Positions 1-13,044 of a DNA stretch of 64,000 bases are shown here, piece after piece. Under the pieces are notes generated by a model. The model ran no database searches, was not told the DNA's origin, and saw only the letters and a list, made by a program, of their open reading frames with translations. Made by a program: the position numbers and the translations under genes. The stretch is from the human T2T-CHM13v2.0 reference genome, Homo sapiens: the NCBI RefSeq assembly GCF_009914755.1, contig NC_060926.1. One strand, written 5' to 3'. Positions within the stretch are counted from its first letter, which is position 1; every line of letters starts with the position of its first letter.

Positions 1-1129
1 GCTGCTTATTCTTCATCAGTATTCCCAGTGTCTCTCCAACTCATGGCTCCACAATCTCCTACAGGGGTGTGGCTTCTTCCATATGAGGAAATATTTAACT
101 CTTCATAACTTTACTTTTGCCACCTTGAGGTGTTGAGTGTCTTCCTTGGCTGCAATGAGAAAAGTCTTGGTGAGGGACTCTGAGGGGTCAGGCTTGGACT
201 TGAGCCCGGTAATGTAACTGAGACACAGTAATCATGGTTAGAGAAAGGTCAAGGCAAAGAGTCCTTATCAGTAGGACACATTGTTCTCATAAGAAGGAAA
301 GTGTTCTAGACAACAGAGCAATGGATATTTACTGCTGACTATTATTGCAGAGTGATCTATTTTCTGTTATTCTTACCCCTTTCCTTCTCTAAATAGTCAT
401 TTCTATAAGGATATGATTATGGTTTATTATTTCTGTTTACCCCACGTGTCTAGTACAGTGTTAGGCACATAGTGAAATCACATAAAATCAACAGATTTTT
501 ATTGAATTAATAAATCAATTCCTCTCAGTTGAAGATTTCTTTTGAGAGAAACAGTGTTTAAAGTGGGGAAAAATAATGAACCCATTTTTCATTTCATCAG
601 TGTATCTCTTTTCCCCATTACCTGGTCTGTGCAACTAAATGTTAGTGCGTTGGATTATAAGTGTGTTTTATCCATCCTGTTTAGCATAATCCAGAATCCA
701 ATGCCAGGACAGCACTCAATAAATAAAATGTAATAATAATATACTTCCCAGGCACTTTCGCTGTCCACTACATCCCAACCAGAAAGGGCCTCTAATTTAT
801 CTGCCATCTTGAACAATAACTCTTTGCTTCAGGATATCTTAGATTCTATCAGCAGTCTTGACCTTTCCTCTTCTACTCTAACAGACCCTGGGACATCAGC
901 CTGACTTCAGTTTGGCTGGCAATTCCTGCAACCCCCCTTATTTTCTGTTAGGTTTCATATCTCACAATCAATCTAGAACTGCCTTGCCACAAGCCACAAG
1001 CATCCTTCCCATCCCAGTCCTTTGCCAGCTTTCTACAAATTTGTATCCTTTGAATGGCAAACACTTGAGTGCAACTGTATCTGCATTTTTATACAATTTG
1101 GGAATTATTGCAAAAAGTTCAAGGTTATA

Positions 1130-1139
1130 ATGACGTCAT
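1130..1139. promoter_or_regulatory. Full palindromic CRE (ATGACGTCAT), CREB/ATF site
   Basis: Perfect 10-bp palindrome with intact CpG in CpG-depleted DNA; function not shown. Confidence 0.35.
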
Positions 1140-1519
1140 CAGTTCATATTTTTTTCAACAAACCAGAATAACTTCAAACTAGCCACACTAAACACAGCTA
1201 CCTCTTTATCTCTAAAGGTTGCTCTACTCTGATTCCAAAATTTTATTGTTTATTCAAATACTTAGGTCAAAATGAATTTCCAAAGATCTCAGATAACATA
1301 GAACTCACAGATGGCAACTGAAATGTAGATCTTACTACAATCACATTAATTTTTTTGGATACCATCTTATTAATTATGACAGACAGAAGAGGAATTATAA
1401 ACAAAGGGAACTGTTTAGATACAGACTCTGATGTGACACTTGGGCAAATCACTTCTCCCTTTTTTTGTTTCTGTAGGCTGAGCTACAACTGAATGTTTCA
1501 GAATAGTGCAATAAATACC

Positions 1520-2760
1520 TAGTGTGACCCTCCCTTTGGTCCCAGGTTGAGGGTTGGTACACTCAGTTGAAAACCATTAGCATCGCATGCTCCGCATTCT
1601 AAGGCAAGCAATCAATAATTGGTGCAGGACACTGCCTTGTCAAGATATGGTGGAAATGCTCCTATTACCAGCCACCTCCTTCAATCTACTTAAAAAAAGT
1701 GGAAAGAAGAGAGGGAAGAGGGTTCCTTAGAGTCATCAGTGACCCAGGCTGTGTGGGGAATGCAGTGTGAATGTTGAGGAACAAATGTGAGAATGACCAG
1801 AGTATCACCCATGGGTGGATGATTACAGGAAGCAGTGGATAACCTTGCATGGCCTCCTGGAATGTCACCTTAAGCAAAAGACTTGCCGATCATCCCCAGT
1901 GCCGCCCTCAACAGGGAGAAGACAATTAGAGACAGAAGGCAAGGACAAGCATGGGCAATGGCATGTGTCTGCAGTTCTCATTTTGAGCATGGCAAGGATA
2001 TGTTAGCTTCCCATGGACCCTGTAGAAAGAAGCTACCTGGAGAAACCCCACCAATACTACATCCCAGAGAAGAGGCTCCACACAAGGGCCTGGCAGCACA
2101 AATGAAAGTCTTGACAGGGGTACAAAGAAGGACTTAAAAGGTCTAGCCAGGTAATTCCTCACCAAAGAACCCAGGCTACACTGCTCTGCTTTCTGGACAT
2201 CCTCCCTTGGAGGTTATTAATGGAAAGTTGTTATTGGCTAAAATATCATTAAAAATTGACAAAATGAGGAATGCAATAGTCGAGAAACAGGCTTGTTGGG
2301 CCAGATGTGGTGGCTCACACCTGTAATCACAGTGCTTTGAGAGGCCAAGATAGGAGAATCACTTTAGGCTTGGAGTTCTAGACCAGCCTGGGCAACATAT
2401 CAAGACCCCACCTTTACCAAATATAAAAGGAAAAGGAAAGTCTCTTTCTTTTTCCTAACCATTTCTTTAACACACTCCCAACACTACAGGATTCAAAGTC
2501 AAGCAGAGGGAAAAGGGAAGGAGTACTAGGGCAAGCCACACCCTCTGCTAGCTCCATTTACATTGCACCTCCTCAGCTGCAGGTCCAGCCTTGTTTGTGT
2601 GAGGGCAGTAGCTTTGATCTGGATATAACATTCAAGTTGTATACAAAAAAAGACTAATGTTAATTAGTTAATTAAATAAAGTAAAGGTTTGTCATCTGCC
2701 CTAGGTATCATTATGTGATGGAAAAGATTCAATAAAGCAGAAAGTAAAAAACACCAAAAG
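1520..2760 (+). mobile_element. Probable ancient LTR remnant (LTR78-like), interrupted by a FLAM
   Basis: GC-richer block whose 3' part (tcatctgccctaggtatcattatgtgatggaaaag...aataaag) resembles my recollection of LTR78-type 3' ends; highly diverged. Confidence 0.3.
2298..2428 (+). mobile_element. Alu left monomer (FLAM-like)
   Basis: ggccagatgtggtggctcacacctgtaatc...gaccagcctgggcaacatatcaagacccc, then A-rich tail; single arm. Confidence 0.85.
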
Positions 2761-2780
2761 TGATAAATATGATGTGTATT

Positions 2781-3567
2781 CAGTAATCCCCTTCTCTATG
2801 GGAAATACTTTCTAAGATCCCCAGTGGATGCTTGAAATCACAGATAGTGCTAAATCCTATATATACTATGTTTCATCCTATGATAAAGTTTACTTTAGAA
2901 ATCAGGCAGAGTAAAAGACTGAACACCATAACAAATAATAAAAAAGAACAGTTATAAAAATACAGTTGATCCTTGACTAAAGAATAATGGGGGGGGCCAA
3001 TCCCTCACGTAATAAAAAAATCTGTGTACAACTTTCGACTCCCCAAACACTTAACTCCTAGTAGCCTGCTGTTGACCAGAAGCCTTACTGATAACATAAA
3101 CCGTCTATATACACATATTTTGTAAGTTATTTATTATATACTGAATTCTAACAATAAATTAAGCTACAGAATAAAATGTTATTAAGAATATAAGGAAGAA
3201 AAGATATATTTACTCTTCTTTAAGTGGAAGTGGATCATCGTAAAGGTCTTCATCCTCGGCATTTTCATGTTGAGTAGGCTGAGGAGGGGGAGGAAAAAGA
3301 CGAGTTGGTCTTGCTGTTTCAAGGGTGGCAGAGATAGAGCAAAAACTGTGTGTAAATGGAGCTGTGTTCAAACCAGCATTGTTCAAGGCTCAACTGTAAA
3401 CTTTAATAGAAGTTAAGTGAATGTGGTCTCTCTCTCTCTCTCTCTCTCTCTCTCCCCTCATGTGTGCATGCACAACATATCTTATTGCATGTAATATTTT
3501 TGGAACACGGTTTACCTCTAGTAACTGAAATGTGGAAAGCAGAACCATGGATATGTAGGAGCTACTG
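2781..3567. mobile_element. MER44A/Tigger7-family non-autonomous DNA transposon, interrupted by Tigger2a
   Basis: Termini cagtaatcccc... and ...gagctactg|ta; internal gatccccagtggatgcttgaaa and gtgaatgtggtctctctc motifs match MER44. Confidence 0.75.
2963..3396. mobile_element. Tigger2a (MER28) DNA transposon
   Basis: TIRs cagttgatccttga... / ...ttcaaggctcaactg with TA on both sides (2961-62, 3397-98); ~435 bp. Confidence 0.85.
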
Positions 3568-3855
3568 TACTTTTTACAACAAAAAGTAAAATGCTTAAGT
3601 TAACCAAAAGGTCTCAAATAAAAGTCAGGAAATCTGAATTGTCATCTTGGCTTCACCCACAAGTTGTTGGGCAAGGCACTTCCCCTGTGCCTCATTAGTA
3701 AATTGGACAAACGACGTCCTACCTTACCAAGCAGACAAAACTCTGAAAATGATAAGATACACCGTCATTTGTATTATAATGTAGCTGGCACGTAATAAAG
3801 TTATTATTTACTGTTAACTTTATTAAGTTGATAGTAAATTGACAGTAGTAATAGT

Positions 3856-4452
3856 AAGTTACACTTTACTTTTGCTGTGTAACAAATTACCACAAACTTA
3901 ATAGCATTAAGACAATACTTATCTATTAGCTTGCAGAGTTCTGTAAGTTAGAATTTGAGCAAGGTGCTCTGCTTAAGCCTTCACAAGGCCAAAATCAAGG
4001 TGTCTTCCAAGCTGGACTCTATCTGGAGGCTGTGAAGAAGAATCCATAAGCAAATTTATTCAGGTACTTGGCCAAACTCCATTCAGTTCCTCGCAGCTAT
4101 AGGATTGAAGCCCCTATTTCCTTGTCAGTAGTCTGCCAAGGGTAGTTTCTAAAGGCCATAAAGGCCACCTGCATTCCTTGATACCGGGCCACCTCCCTTT
4201 CCAAAGCCAGAAGCTGCACATTGAGGGCATGCTTTCAATCTCTTACTTCCTCTTCCACCAGGGAAAACTTTATGCTTTTAAAGCTTTCACCTCATTGGAT
4301 CAGGCATCACTGAAAAATCTCTGTATCTTAGGATCAACTGATTTATGACTTTCATCACATTTGCAAAATCTCTTCACAGTAATATGTGCTTGACTGAGCA
4401 GGGCATGAGAACACTGGGGGAAAGTAGACGCCTTTAGAATTCTGCATACCAC
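3856..4452 (-). mobile_element. MLT1E-like MaLR LTR
   Basis: tgctgtgtaacaaattaccacaaactta...ttagaattctgcataccaca is the reverse complement of MLT1 termini. Confidence 0.75.
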
Positions 4453-6627
4453 AGTAAATAGGCATTTCAGTTTATTTTCTAAATTATATCATACCATCAA
4501 ATTGACCAGTAATTAAGTTAACTTTCATGGATAAAATAAATAAATGAGAAAGGTGGGTGAAAACAGGAAATTTCATTTTATTAATACAGAAAATAATTAA
4601 TTTGTGTAACTGTGAATGAATTTGCTTTCACAAACTCATAATTATAAAATGACTCATGGTGAGATGGATAAATATCTGCGTATGGGAGAAAATTATCAGA
4701 TAATTCAGAAATGCAGGTATAATCCCATATTTTTCTTCATTAAAATACACAATTTTACAGTAGATTTCCATAGTAATTTATGCTTGTTCTTAAATAAAAT
4801 ACTCCCAAATTTTTCAAAAATGAGTGACTTGCATAGTGATTGAATTTCAATAAATGGCATTTTCCTATGCAATAGTTTCACAGAAAGACTTTTTCAAGAA
4901 CAAACCATCAGGGATGTTAAATTGACAACAACTGCTTTTCACAATAGGCTATACACTCAAAGCTAGGTTTAAATAATTAAAGTTCCCTATTTGTGGATTT
5001 TTTTCAACGATCATGTGTGTGTTTGTATAAAATATTTTAAAGATTACAAAGTGATCTTACACACATTACCCTTTTCATTTGCTTTATTTAAAGTTATTCT
5101 CTACTCCTTACCTCCTCCAACCCCTCTGCTACCAAACTAGGCTTCATAAATTTGTTAATGTCTTTATTTTACTCCAAAACAAACAAAGTATTTTTTGGAA
5201 GCTCATATTTAATTACCTTCCAAATTACTAAATTTTAGGTGTATCTGAGTTACTTGAGATGGAGTGTCTCCTTCACAGGCCTGGTGGAAAAATGATCACA
5301 ATTTATTTGGTGTTGCTATTGTTTTGTTTTGTTTCTGATGATTTCAGCAATGTTTCAGGGCTCCTGTGTCCACTTCTCACTATTCGCAACTATTTTCATG
5401 GCCAGAATTTTCACTAGTCTCTTTTCTTCTCCTGATCCTCCTTTTCTCTAGGACTCTATTCTGCCGGCACTTGCCCGTGTTGGGGTGGAAAACCTCTGAG
5501 TAGTCAACAAGCTTTTCTCAAAAGTTTAACATTAACAAGGACTTTTTTTTATGCTTCTAATTTTCTCCCATGACCCCAAATTTCTGCTTCCTTAACCTCC
5601 CAACATGTAGAGCCTTAGGTCCGTGGCTGTGAAATCACATGCTCATGTTAAATGTGGAAGCATATGGGAAGTCTAAATAAATAAGTTTGTAAAAGAACCC
5701 AAGGGAAGTCAGCCTTGGAAACAGACAAAGCACGGATCATAAACCCTCCCTGGCAGGATACTGCCTATAAGCCTGTCTGTGTCCTTGAAAATCCTTGGGT
5801 AAAATTTTAATAAATTAAAACATAGGACCCTAATTTGTACATAGCATGTCTTCAAAATTGTTAACATTAACAATGAATAGAAGCATAAAATTACTTTAAA
5901 GTGAGAAAGAAACGGATAGGGAGAGTAATGAAAATGGGGCCATAATGTGCTAGTTAAAAAAAATCTGTGTCTGGAGTCAGGACAACCACAATCAAAGCTG
6001 ATCACCACCAGGTACCAGATATAGGACTCTGGGTTAATTTCACAACTTTTTTGAGACTTGCTTTTCTTATTTGGAAAACAAGGATGATAATATTTAAAAT
6101 ATAATATTTGTATTATTTAAAAAACAATATAATAATTCTTGAAATGATAAAGGAAAAAATAAGATCTATTTAAACACACAATAATATTTTTCATTTAATC
6201 TCATTTTTAGAGTACCCGTTTATCACTAGCCGATGGAAAACAAATTTTGTCATTTCATAGTAACTGTATTGCATTTTAGCAACAGAATGAAAGGATTGTT
6301 TTCCAAAACTATCTTAACCATTTAAAATATTGGATCTTATGGATTGATAGCAAATATGGAATTAAGTTCTGTATTTAAAATCAGTAAAATGTTACTTTTG
6401 GGATGTTAAGCAAAAGGATTCCACTATGAGCATAAATAATAAATACTGCAAGTGCTTAAAGGGCCACATAATGTTCCATTTTGGTTGGTCCACACTGTGC
6501 TATGGCAAACAATTCATTTTAATCAGCTGGAGTATTCTGCGCAAATATGGGTTTTCACCAATCCACATTATTTTAAATATATCGGTTTTTAATCACTAAG
6601 AAAACAAAAAGATATGAAATGGGTGTT

Positions 6628-6979
<352 letters not shown>

Positions 6980-7028
6980 CTATTGCCTTTTTGCTGACAA
7001 ACTTATCACTCAGAATGTGACAGTAATG

Positions 7029-7414
7029 TATGATGGTTAATTTCATGCATCACCTTCCATCGGCTAAGAGGTTGCTAGATAGGTGGTAAAATATTTGTTC
7101 TGGGTGTGTCTGTGAAGGTTTTTTTTGAAGAGATTAATATTTGACTCAGTAAATTTAGTAAACAAGATCTGACCTCGTCAATGTAAGTGGGCTTCATCCA
7201 ATCTATCGAAGATCTGAATAGAACAAAAAGGCGGAAGGAGGGTGAATTTTCTCTCATCTGAAGCTGGAGTATCCATCTTCTGGCCTTGGACATCTGAAAT
7301 CTCGGCTCTCGGGCCTTCAGGCTCTGGGACTTATACCTCCTCTCATAATAAATCTCTCTCTCTCTCTCCATCCATATATATGTTCCGTTTCTCTGGAGAA
7401 ACCTGACTAATACA
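7029..7414 (+). mobile_element. MLT2 (ERVL) solo LTR
   Basis: tgatggttaattt...tctgggtgtgtctgtgaagg...ctctggagaaacctgactaataca. Confidence 0.85.
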
Positions 7415-8209
7415 GTTTGTCAGGTAGGAAAACACATTCCATAAATCTTCAAGTGTTTGTTGAGCTCTCTGTTCTTGGGATTCATTCATATAAAAAAAGT
7501 TCACCTCCTCTTTTACCGGTTCATATTCTTGCCTTAGCTTTCCGGTTAAAAAAGAAAAGAAAAGAAGAAGAAAAACCAAAGAATACATAGTAAAATAATA
7601 TTAAGACTAAAACATAGTATGACAATAAGATTAAAAAGTTTCTATTAAAGAAGAATAGAACTACAATTACAAAAAAGGCCCAGAGGTAAAAGACAGTTAA
7701 TTACAGCATTAAAGATACTTTTCTGTTTGAGTTTATAATAAAAACTACATAAATATATTTTTTAAAAATTATGTGGGCTGGCAAGCTCATTTTCCTTGAT
7801 AATCCATTAAGTCCTTTTACTGTATAAAATACCAGGACCTCAATGGGAAAAGACAGATGGATGGGAAATTCACTCACATGGGAAATTGAAATTTTAAAAA
7901 GAAATGTTGATACACCCAATGATGAGATTAATTGTAAAATAGATTTTATGTTATCTATGAAAATGATAAGTGGTTTTCTTTACATTTTTTACTTAAAGAA
8001 CAGCTTTTATATGACCCCAATTATTTATCTTGAGAACAACATATCAGGAAGAGTTAACTTTACAGAAATAGGAGTAGGGTGAGTAATATTTATGCTTGCA
8101 TGTCCCATTTGTGATTAAAATTCAACCAAGTTAGGAAAGTGGAGAATAAGTACTGCTCTGTACAGCCTATGCCAAGCTGTAGCATGTGATAGAAATGATA
8201 GAAATAGAT

Positions 8210-8484
8210 GCCGTGCAGTGGCTCATGCCTGGAATCCCAAAACCTTGGGAGGCTAAGGCAGGAAGATCCCTTGAGTCCAGGAGTTCAAGACCAGCCTGCA
8301 CAATATATCAAGACTTCCTTTCTACAAAACAAACAAACAAAACAGCTAGGTGTGGTGGTGCCCACCTGTAGTCCCAACCACTTAGGCAACTGAAGTGGGA
8401 AGATGGCTTGAACCCAGCAATTGGAGGCTGAAATAAGCTGTGATCACACCATTGCACTCCAGTCTGGGTGACAGAGTGAGACCC
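8210..8484 (+). mobile_element. AluJ
   Basis: Diverged dimer with J-type ttgagtccaggagttcaag and gctgtgatcacacc. Confidence 0.9.
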
Positions 8485-8614
8485 AAAAAGAGGAAAGAAA
8501 GAGAGAAGGAAAGAAAAAGAAGGAAAGAAAGAAATAAATAAAGAAAGAAAGGAAGGAAGGAAGGAAGGAAAGAGAAAGAAAGAAAGAAAGAGAAAGAAAG
8601 AAAGAAAGAAAGGG

Positions 8615-8680
<66 letters not shown>

Positions 8681-8698
8681 GAAGAAAGAAAGAAAGGA
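8485..8698 (+). repeat. (GAAA)n/(GGAA)n polypurine microsatellite derived from Alu tail
   Basis: ~210 bp almost pure purine tract with a long perfect GAAA run. Confidence 0.97.
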
Positions 8699-8766
8699 TA
8701 CTTAAAATAATTTGTACTAGCACCACAGTGGAACTCCTGTAGAATGAGACAATAAAGGATACTAAT

Positions 8767-9224
8767 TGTGCTGTGTTGAATGAGGGCTTCCTAATGATGT
8801 TCATGTCCTAATCCCCAGGACCCATGAATATGTTACTTGACATAATGAAAGGGACTTCACAGATTTGACTAATTCAATCATTTGATTTGGGGCATTACCC
8901 TGGATTGGCTGGGTGGGACTGACATAGTCACTGGGGTCTTTGTAGTGTAGGAGGCAGGAAGATCAAGGTCAGGAATAGGAGATGGAATGATGGAAACAAA
9001 AGATTGGAGTGATACAAGAAAGGGGCCATGAACAGGGAATGCAGGTGGCCACTAGGAGCTGAAAAGACCAGGGAATGGCTTTTCTCCTCATAACCTCCAG
9101 AGGAACGCAACTCAGTTGATACCTTGATTTTAGATCTTGATCTCTAGAGATGTAAGAGAATTAGTTTGTCTTAAGTCACCAAATCTGTGAGAATTTGTTG
9201 CACCAGAAATGGAAAAGTAATACA
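8767..9224 (+). mobile_element. MLT1D MaLR solo LTR
   Basis: tgtg...catgtcctaatccccagg...gaatatgttac...ggaatgcaggtggccactagg...gtaataca. Confidence 0.85.
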
Positions 9225-9394
9225 CCAGTATCGATATGTCTATATGATGAAAACTATTTATTCTAATATTGGCAAATATTTCTGAAATTAAAATGATGAG
9301 TGATAAAATTGTTTTCCAGGGGAGTTTCTATGGTCTTTGGAAGAGATTTGTACTCCAAATAACAAAATTGAAATAAAAATAAATAAATGTATTA

Positions 9395-9560
9395 ATAGTC
9401 ATCATTTATCAAGCACATTCTTGTTTTTCAGGTACTCTGCTAATCTTTTAAATTGTATTAACACATTTAATTGAATTCTCACACAGCAATATGAGCTAAG
9501 CGTTAATGTCCATTTTACATAGATAAGAAAATGAGGTCTAGAGAGGGAATTAAGCTAGTC
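9395..9560 (-). mobile_element. MIR fragment
   Basis: catttatcaagcac...cattttacatagataagaaaatgagg matches the reverse MIR core. Confidence 0.6.
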
Positions 9561-9951
9561 AATAGGAGAGTTTTCCAATGCTGGGGCTGAGTGTCCATCA
9601 TTTGGGAGTGGGATTGGGAGAGTAAGGGAGAAATAACCTTTTAAAGAAATCAGCTTTTTAAAAAATGTTCCATTCTAGAATGAAAGATAAAATACATCAA
9701 TTTTTTTGTCAACATTTGCCACTTAAGAAAAAAAGGTTGGGAGGGCATTCTCCATTAATTGCAGAGTATCTTCAAGGATAGCTTTAAATATCTCACTGTG
9801 AAGTTCATTTTTAATGTAATATTGACATTGGAAACCAATCCATTAGATAATTGTGATTTTTCTGCCACTATAAATCTGTCATCAAAGTCAGTTTTATGGC
9901 ATAAGGATATTCCTTTATACTTATTTCACAACTGCTATTAGGTATACCATC

Positions 9952-10340
9952 TTTTTTTTGCTTTTCTTTTTTTTTAATTTATTATTATTATACTTTAAGA
10001 TTTAGGGTACATGTGCACAATGTGCAGGTTAGTTACATATGTATACATGTGCCATGCTGGTGCGCTGCACCCACTAACTCGTCATCTAGCATTAGGTATA
10101 TCTCCCAATGCTATCCCTCCCCCCTCCCCCCACCCCACAACAGTCCCCAGAGTGTGATGTTCCCCTTCCTGTGTCCGTGTGTTCTCATTGTTCAATTCCC
10201 ACCTATGAGTGAGAATATGCGGTGTTTGGTTTTTTGTTCTTGCGATAGTTTACTGAGAATGATGATCTCCAATTCCATCCATGTCCCTACAAAGGACATG
10301 AACTCATCATTTTTTTATGGCTGCATAGTATTCCATGGTG
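9952..10340 (-). mobile_element. 5'-truncated young L1 (L1PA2-like) 3' end
   Basis: Poly-T, then near-consensus 3'UTR with cccactaactcgtcatctagcattaggtatatctccc (GAG diagnostic, not Ta ACA). Confidence 0.9.
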
Positions 10341-10799
10341 ATACACTATCATTTTACACATATGTCTACATTACAGGCATATCTTACTTTATTGTGGTTG
10401 ACTTTGTTGCATTTCACAGATATTGAGTTTTTTTTAATAAATTGAAGGTTTGTGGAAACCCTACATCACCAGCAAGTCTATTGGCACAATTTTCCCAATA
10501 GCATGTGCTAACTTTGTATCCGTGTCACGTTTTGGTAAGTCTTGCAATAGTTCACAGTTTTTCATTACTGCTATATCTATTATGGTGATCTGTGATCAGT
10601 GATCTTCGCTGTTACCATTGCAAATGTTTTGGGACACCAGGAAAAACACCCTTATAAAATGGCAAAATTAATCGATAAAAGTGTATATGCTGACTGCTCC
10701 ACCGACAGGTTGTTCTCTCCTCTCTCTCCCTTTCTTCTTCTGGCCTCTGTATTCCATGAGATGCAAAAGTATTGAAATTAGGTCAGTTAATAACCCTAC

Positions 10800-12560
10800 A
10801 GAGGTCTCCAAGTATTCAGGATAAAAGAAGATTCACATGTCTCTCACGTTAAGCCAAAAGGTAGAAATAATTAAGTTTAGCAAGGAAGGCACAAGATAAG
10901 CCAAAAGCTAGACTACTTGTGTCAAACAGAGCCAAGTTGTGAATGCAAAACAAAACAAAACAAAACAAAAACCAAAAAAAGAAAGAAGAAATAAAGAAAG
11001 AAAAGAAAAAAAAAGCTTGAAGGAAATTAAAAATGCTACTCCAGTGAACACAGCAGAAGCATAAAGGGAAACAGCCTTATTGCTGGTATGGAGAAAGTCT
11101 GAGTTGTCTGGATAGAAGATCAAAACAGCTACAACACTGCCTTAAGCCAGAGCCTGATCCAGAGCAAGACCCTAACTTTCTTCAATTCTGTAAAGGCTAA
11201 AAGAGGTAAGGAAGCTACAAAAGAAAAGTTTAAAGCTAGCAGAGATTGCTTCATAAGGTTTAAAGAAAGAAGTCATCTCCATAATATAAAATGTGAAGCA
11301 TCAAGTGCTGATGTAGAAACTGTGTTATCCAGAAGATTAAGCTAAGATAATTGATTAAGGTGGCTACACTAAACAACATATTTTCAATTAGGTGAAACAG
11401 CCTTCTAATGAAAGAAGATGCCATCTAGGACTTTCATAAATAGAGAGGTCAAAGCCTGTCTTCAACGCTTCAAAGGACAGGCTGACTCTCTTGTTAGAGG
11501 CTAATGCAGCTGGTGACTTTAAGTTGAAGCCAATGCTCATTCACCATTCAAAAAATTTTAGAACCCTTAAACCTTATGCTAAATCTCCTCTGCCTGTGCT
11601 CTATAAATGGAATAACGAAGATGGTATGACAGCTCATCTGCTTAAAATATGGTTTACTAAATATTTTAAGCCCATGATCCAAATCTACTGCTAAGAAAAA
11701 ACATTTTATTTCAAATTATTACTGCTCAATGACAATGCACCTAGATTCCCAAGAGGTCTGGTAGAGATATACAAGGATATTAATGTTTTCATGCCTGTTG
11801 CCACAACATTCATACTTTAGCCCATAGATCAAGAAGTAAATTTGACTTTTGAGTCTGATTATTTAAGAAATACATTTTGTAAGGCTACAGGTGTCATACA
11901 CAGGGATTCCTCTTATGGATTTGAGCAAAACAAGTTAAAAACTATCTGGAAAGGATTCGCCATTCTAGATGCCATTAAGAACATTCCTAATTCGTAGGAT
12001 GAGGTCAAAATATTACCATTACAGAATTCTGAAGATATTTATTCCAACACTCATTGATAACTTTGAAGGTTTTAAGGCTTCAGTGGAGAAAGTCGCTAAA
12101 GATGTGGGGAAATAGCAAGAAAACTAGAATTAAAAGAGAAGCCCAAAGGTGTGACTGAATTGCTGCATTCTCATGATAGAACTTCAATAGGTGAGGAGTT
12201 ACTTCTTATGGATGCGCAAAGAAAGTGTTTTCTTGAGATGGACTCCTTTCCTGGTGAAGATGTGAATATTGTTGAAATATTAACAAAGGATTTAAACATT
12301 ATACAAACTTCATTGATAAAGCAGTGGCAGGGTTTGAGAGGGTTGACTTCAGTTTTGAAAGAAGTTCTACTGTGAGCAAAATGCTATCAAACAGCATCGC
12401 ATGCTTTAGAGAAATCTTTCATAAAAGGTAGAGTCAATCCATGCAGCAAACTTCATTGTTGTCTTATTTTAAGAAATTGCTGCAGTTACTCCAACCTTCA
12501 GCAACCACCACCTGGATCAGTCAACAGCCATCAATCAGCATGGAGGCAAGAACCTCCAAC
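10800..12560 (+). pseudogene. Decayed Tigger1 transposase (CENP-B/pogo DDE family, TIGD1-like)
   Basis: ORF pieces [18 protein letters not shown]...LPVLYKWNN (11491-11694) and TELLHSHD...[16 protein letters not shown] (12151-); multiple stops and frameshifts. Confidence 0.88.
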
Positions 12561-12638
12561 AGCAAAAAGATTACAACTCCTTGAAGGTTAAGATAATTAT
12601 TGGCTTTTTTTAAGCAATATTTTAAAATTAAGATATGT

Positions 12639-12925
12639 GGCTGGGCGCTGTGGCTTAGCCTTTAATTCCAGCACTTTGGGAGGCCAAGGCAGGTGGATCA
12701 CTTGAGGTCAGGAGTTTGAGACAGCCTGGTCAACATGGTGAAACCCCGTCTCTCCTAAAAATACAAAAATTACTCGGGCATGGTGGTGGGCACCTGTAAT
12801 CCCAGCTACTTGGGAGGCTGAGGTACGAAAAATCACTTGAACCCAGGAGGCAGAAGTTGCGGTAAGCCAAGATCGCTAACTGCACTCCAGCCTGGATGTC
12901 AGAGTAGGACTGCATCTCAAAAAAA
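12639..12925 (+). mobile_element. AluS inserted in Tigger1
   Basis: Full dimer ggctgggcgctgtggc...gcatctcaaaa. Confidence 0.93.
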
Positions 12926-12928
12926 GAA

Positions 12929-13044
12929 GGAAGGAAGGAAGGAAGGAAGGAAGGAAGGAAGGAAGGAAGGAAGGAAGGAAGAAGGGAGGGAGGGAGGGAG
13001 GGAGGGAAGGAAGGAAGGAAGGAAGGAAGGAAGGAAGGAAGGAA
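12929..13044 (+). repeat. Compound (GGAA)13-(GGGA)n-(GGAA)10 microsatellite
   Basis: Counted directly: GGAA runs at 12929-12980 and 13005-13044. Confidence 0.97.

Noticed and set aside
8382-8804. 140-aa hydrophobic ORF (FLSF repeats)
   Set aside because: Translation of the (TTTC)n strand plus Alu.
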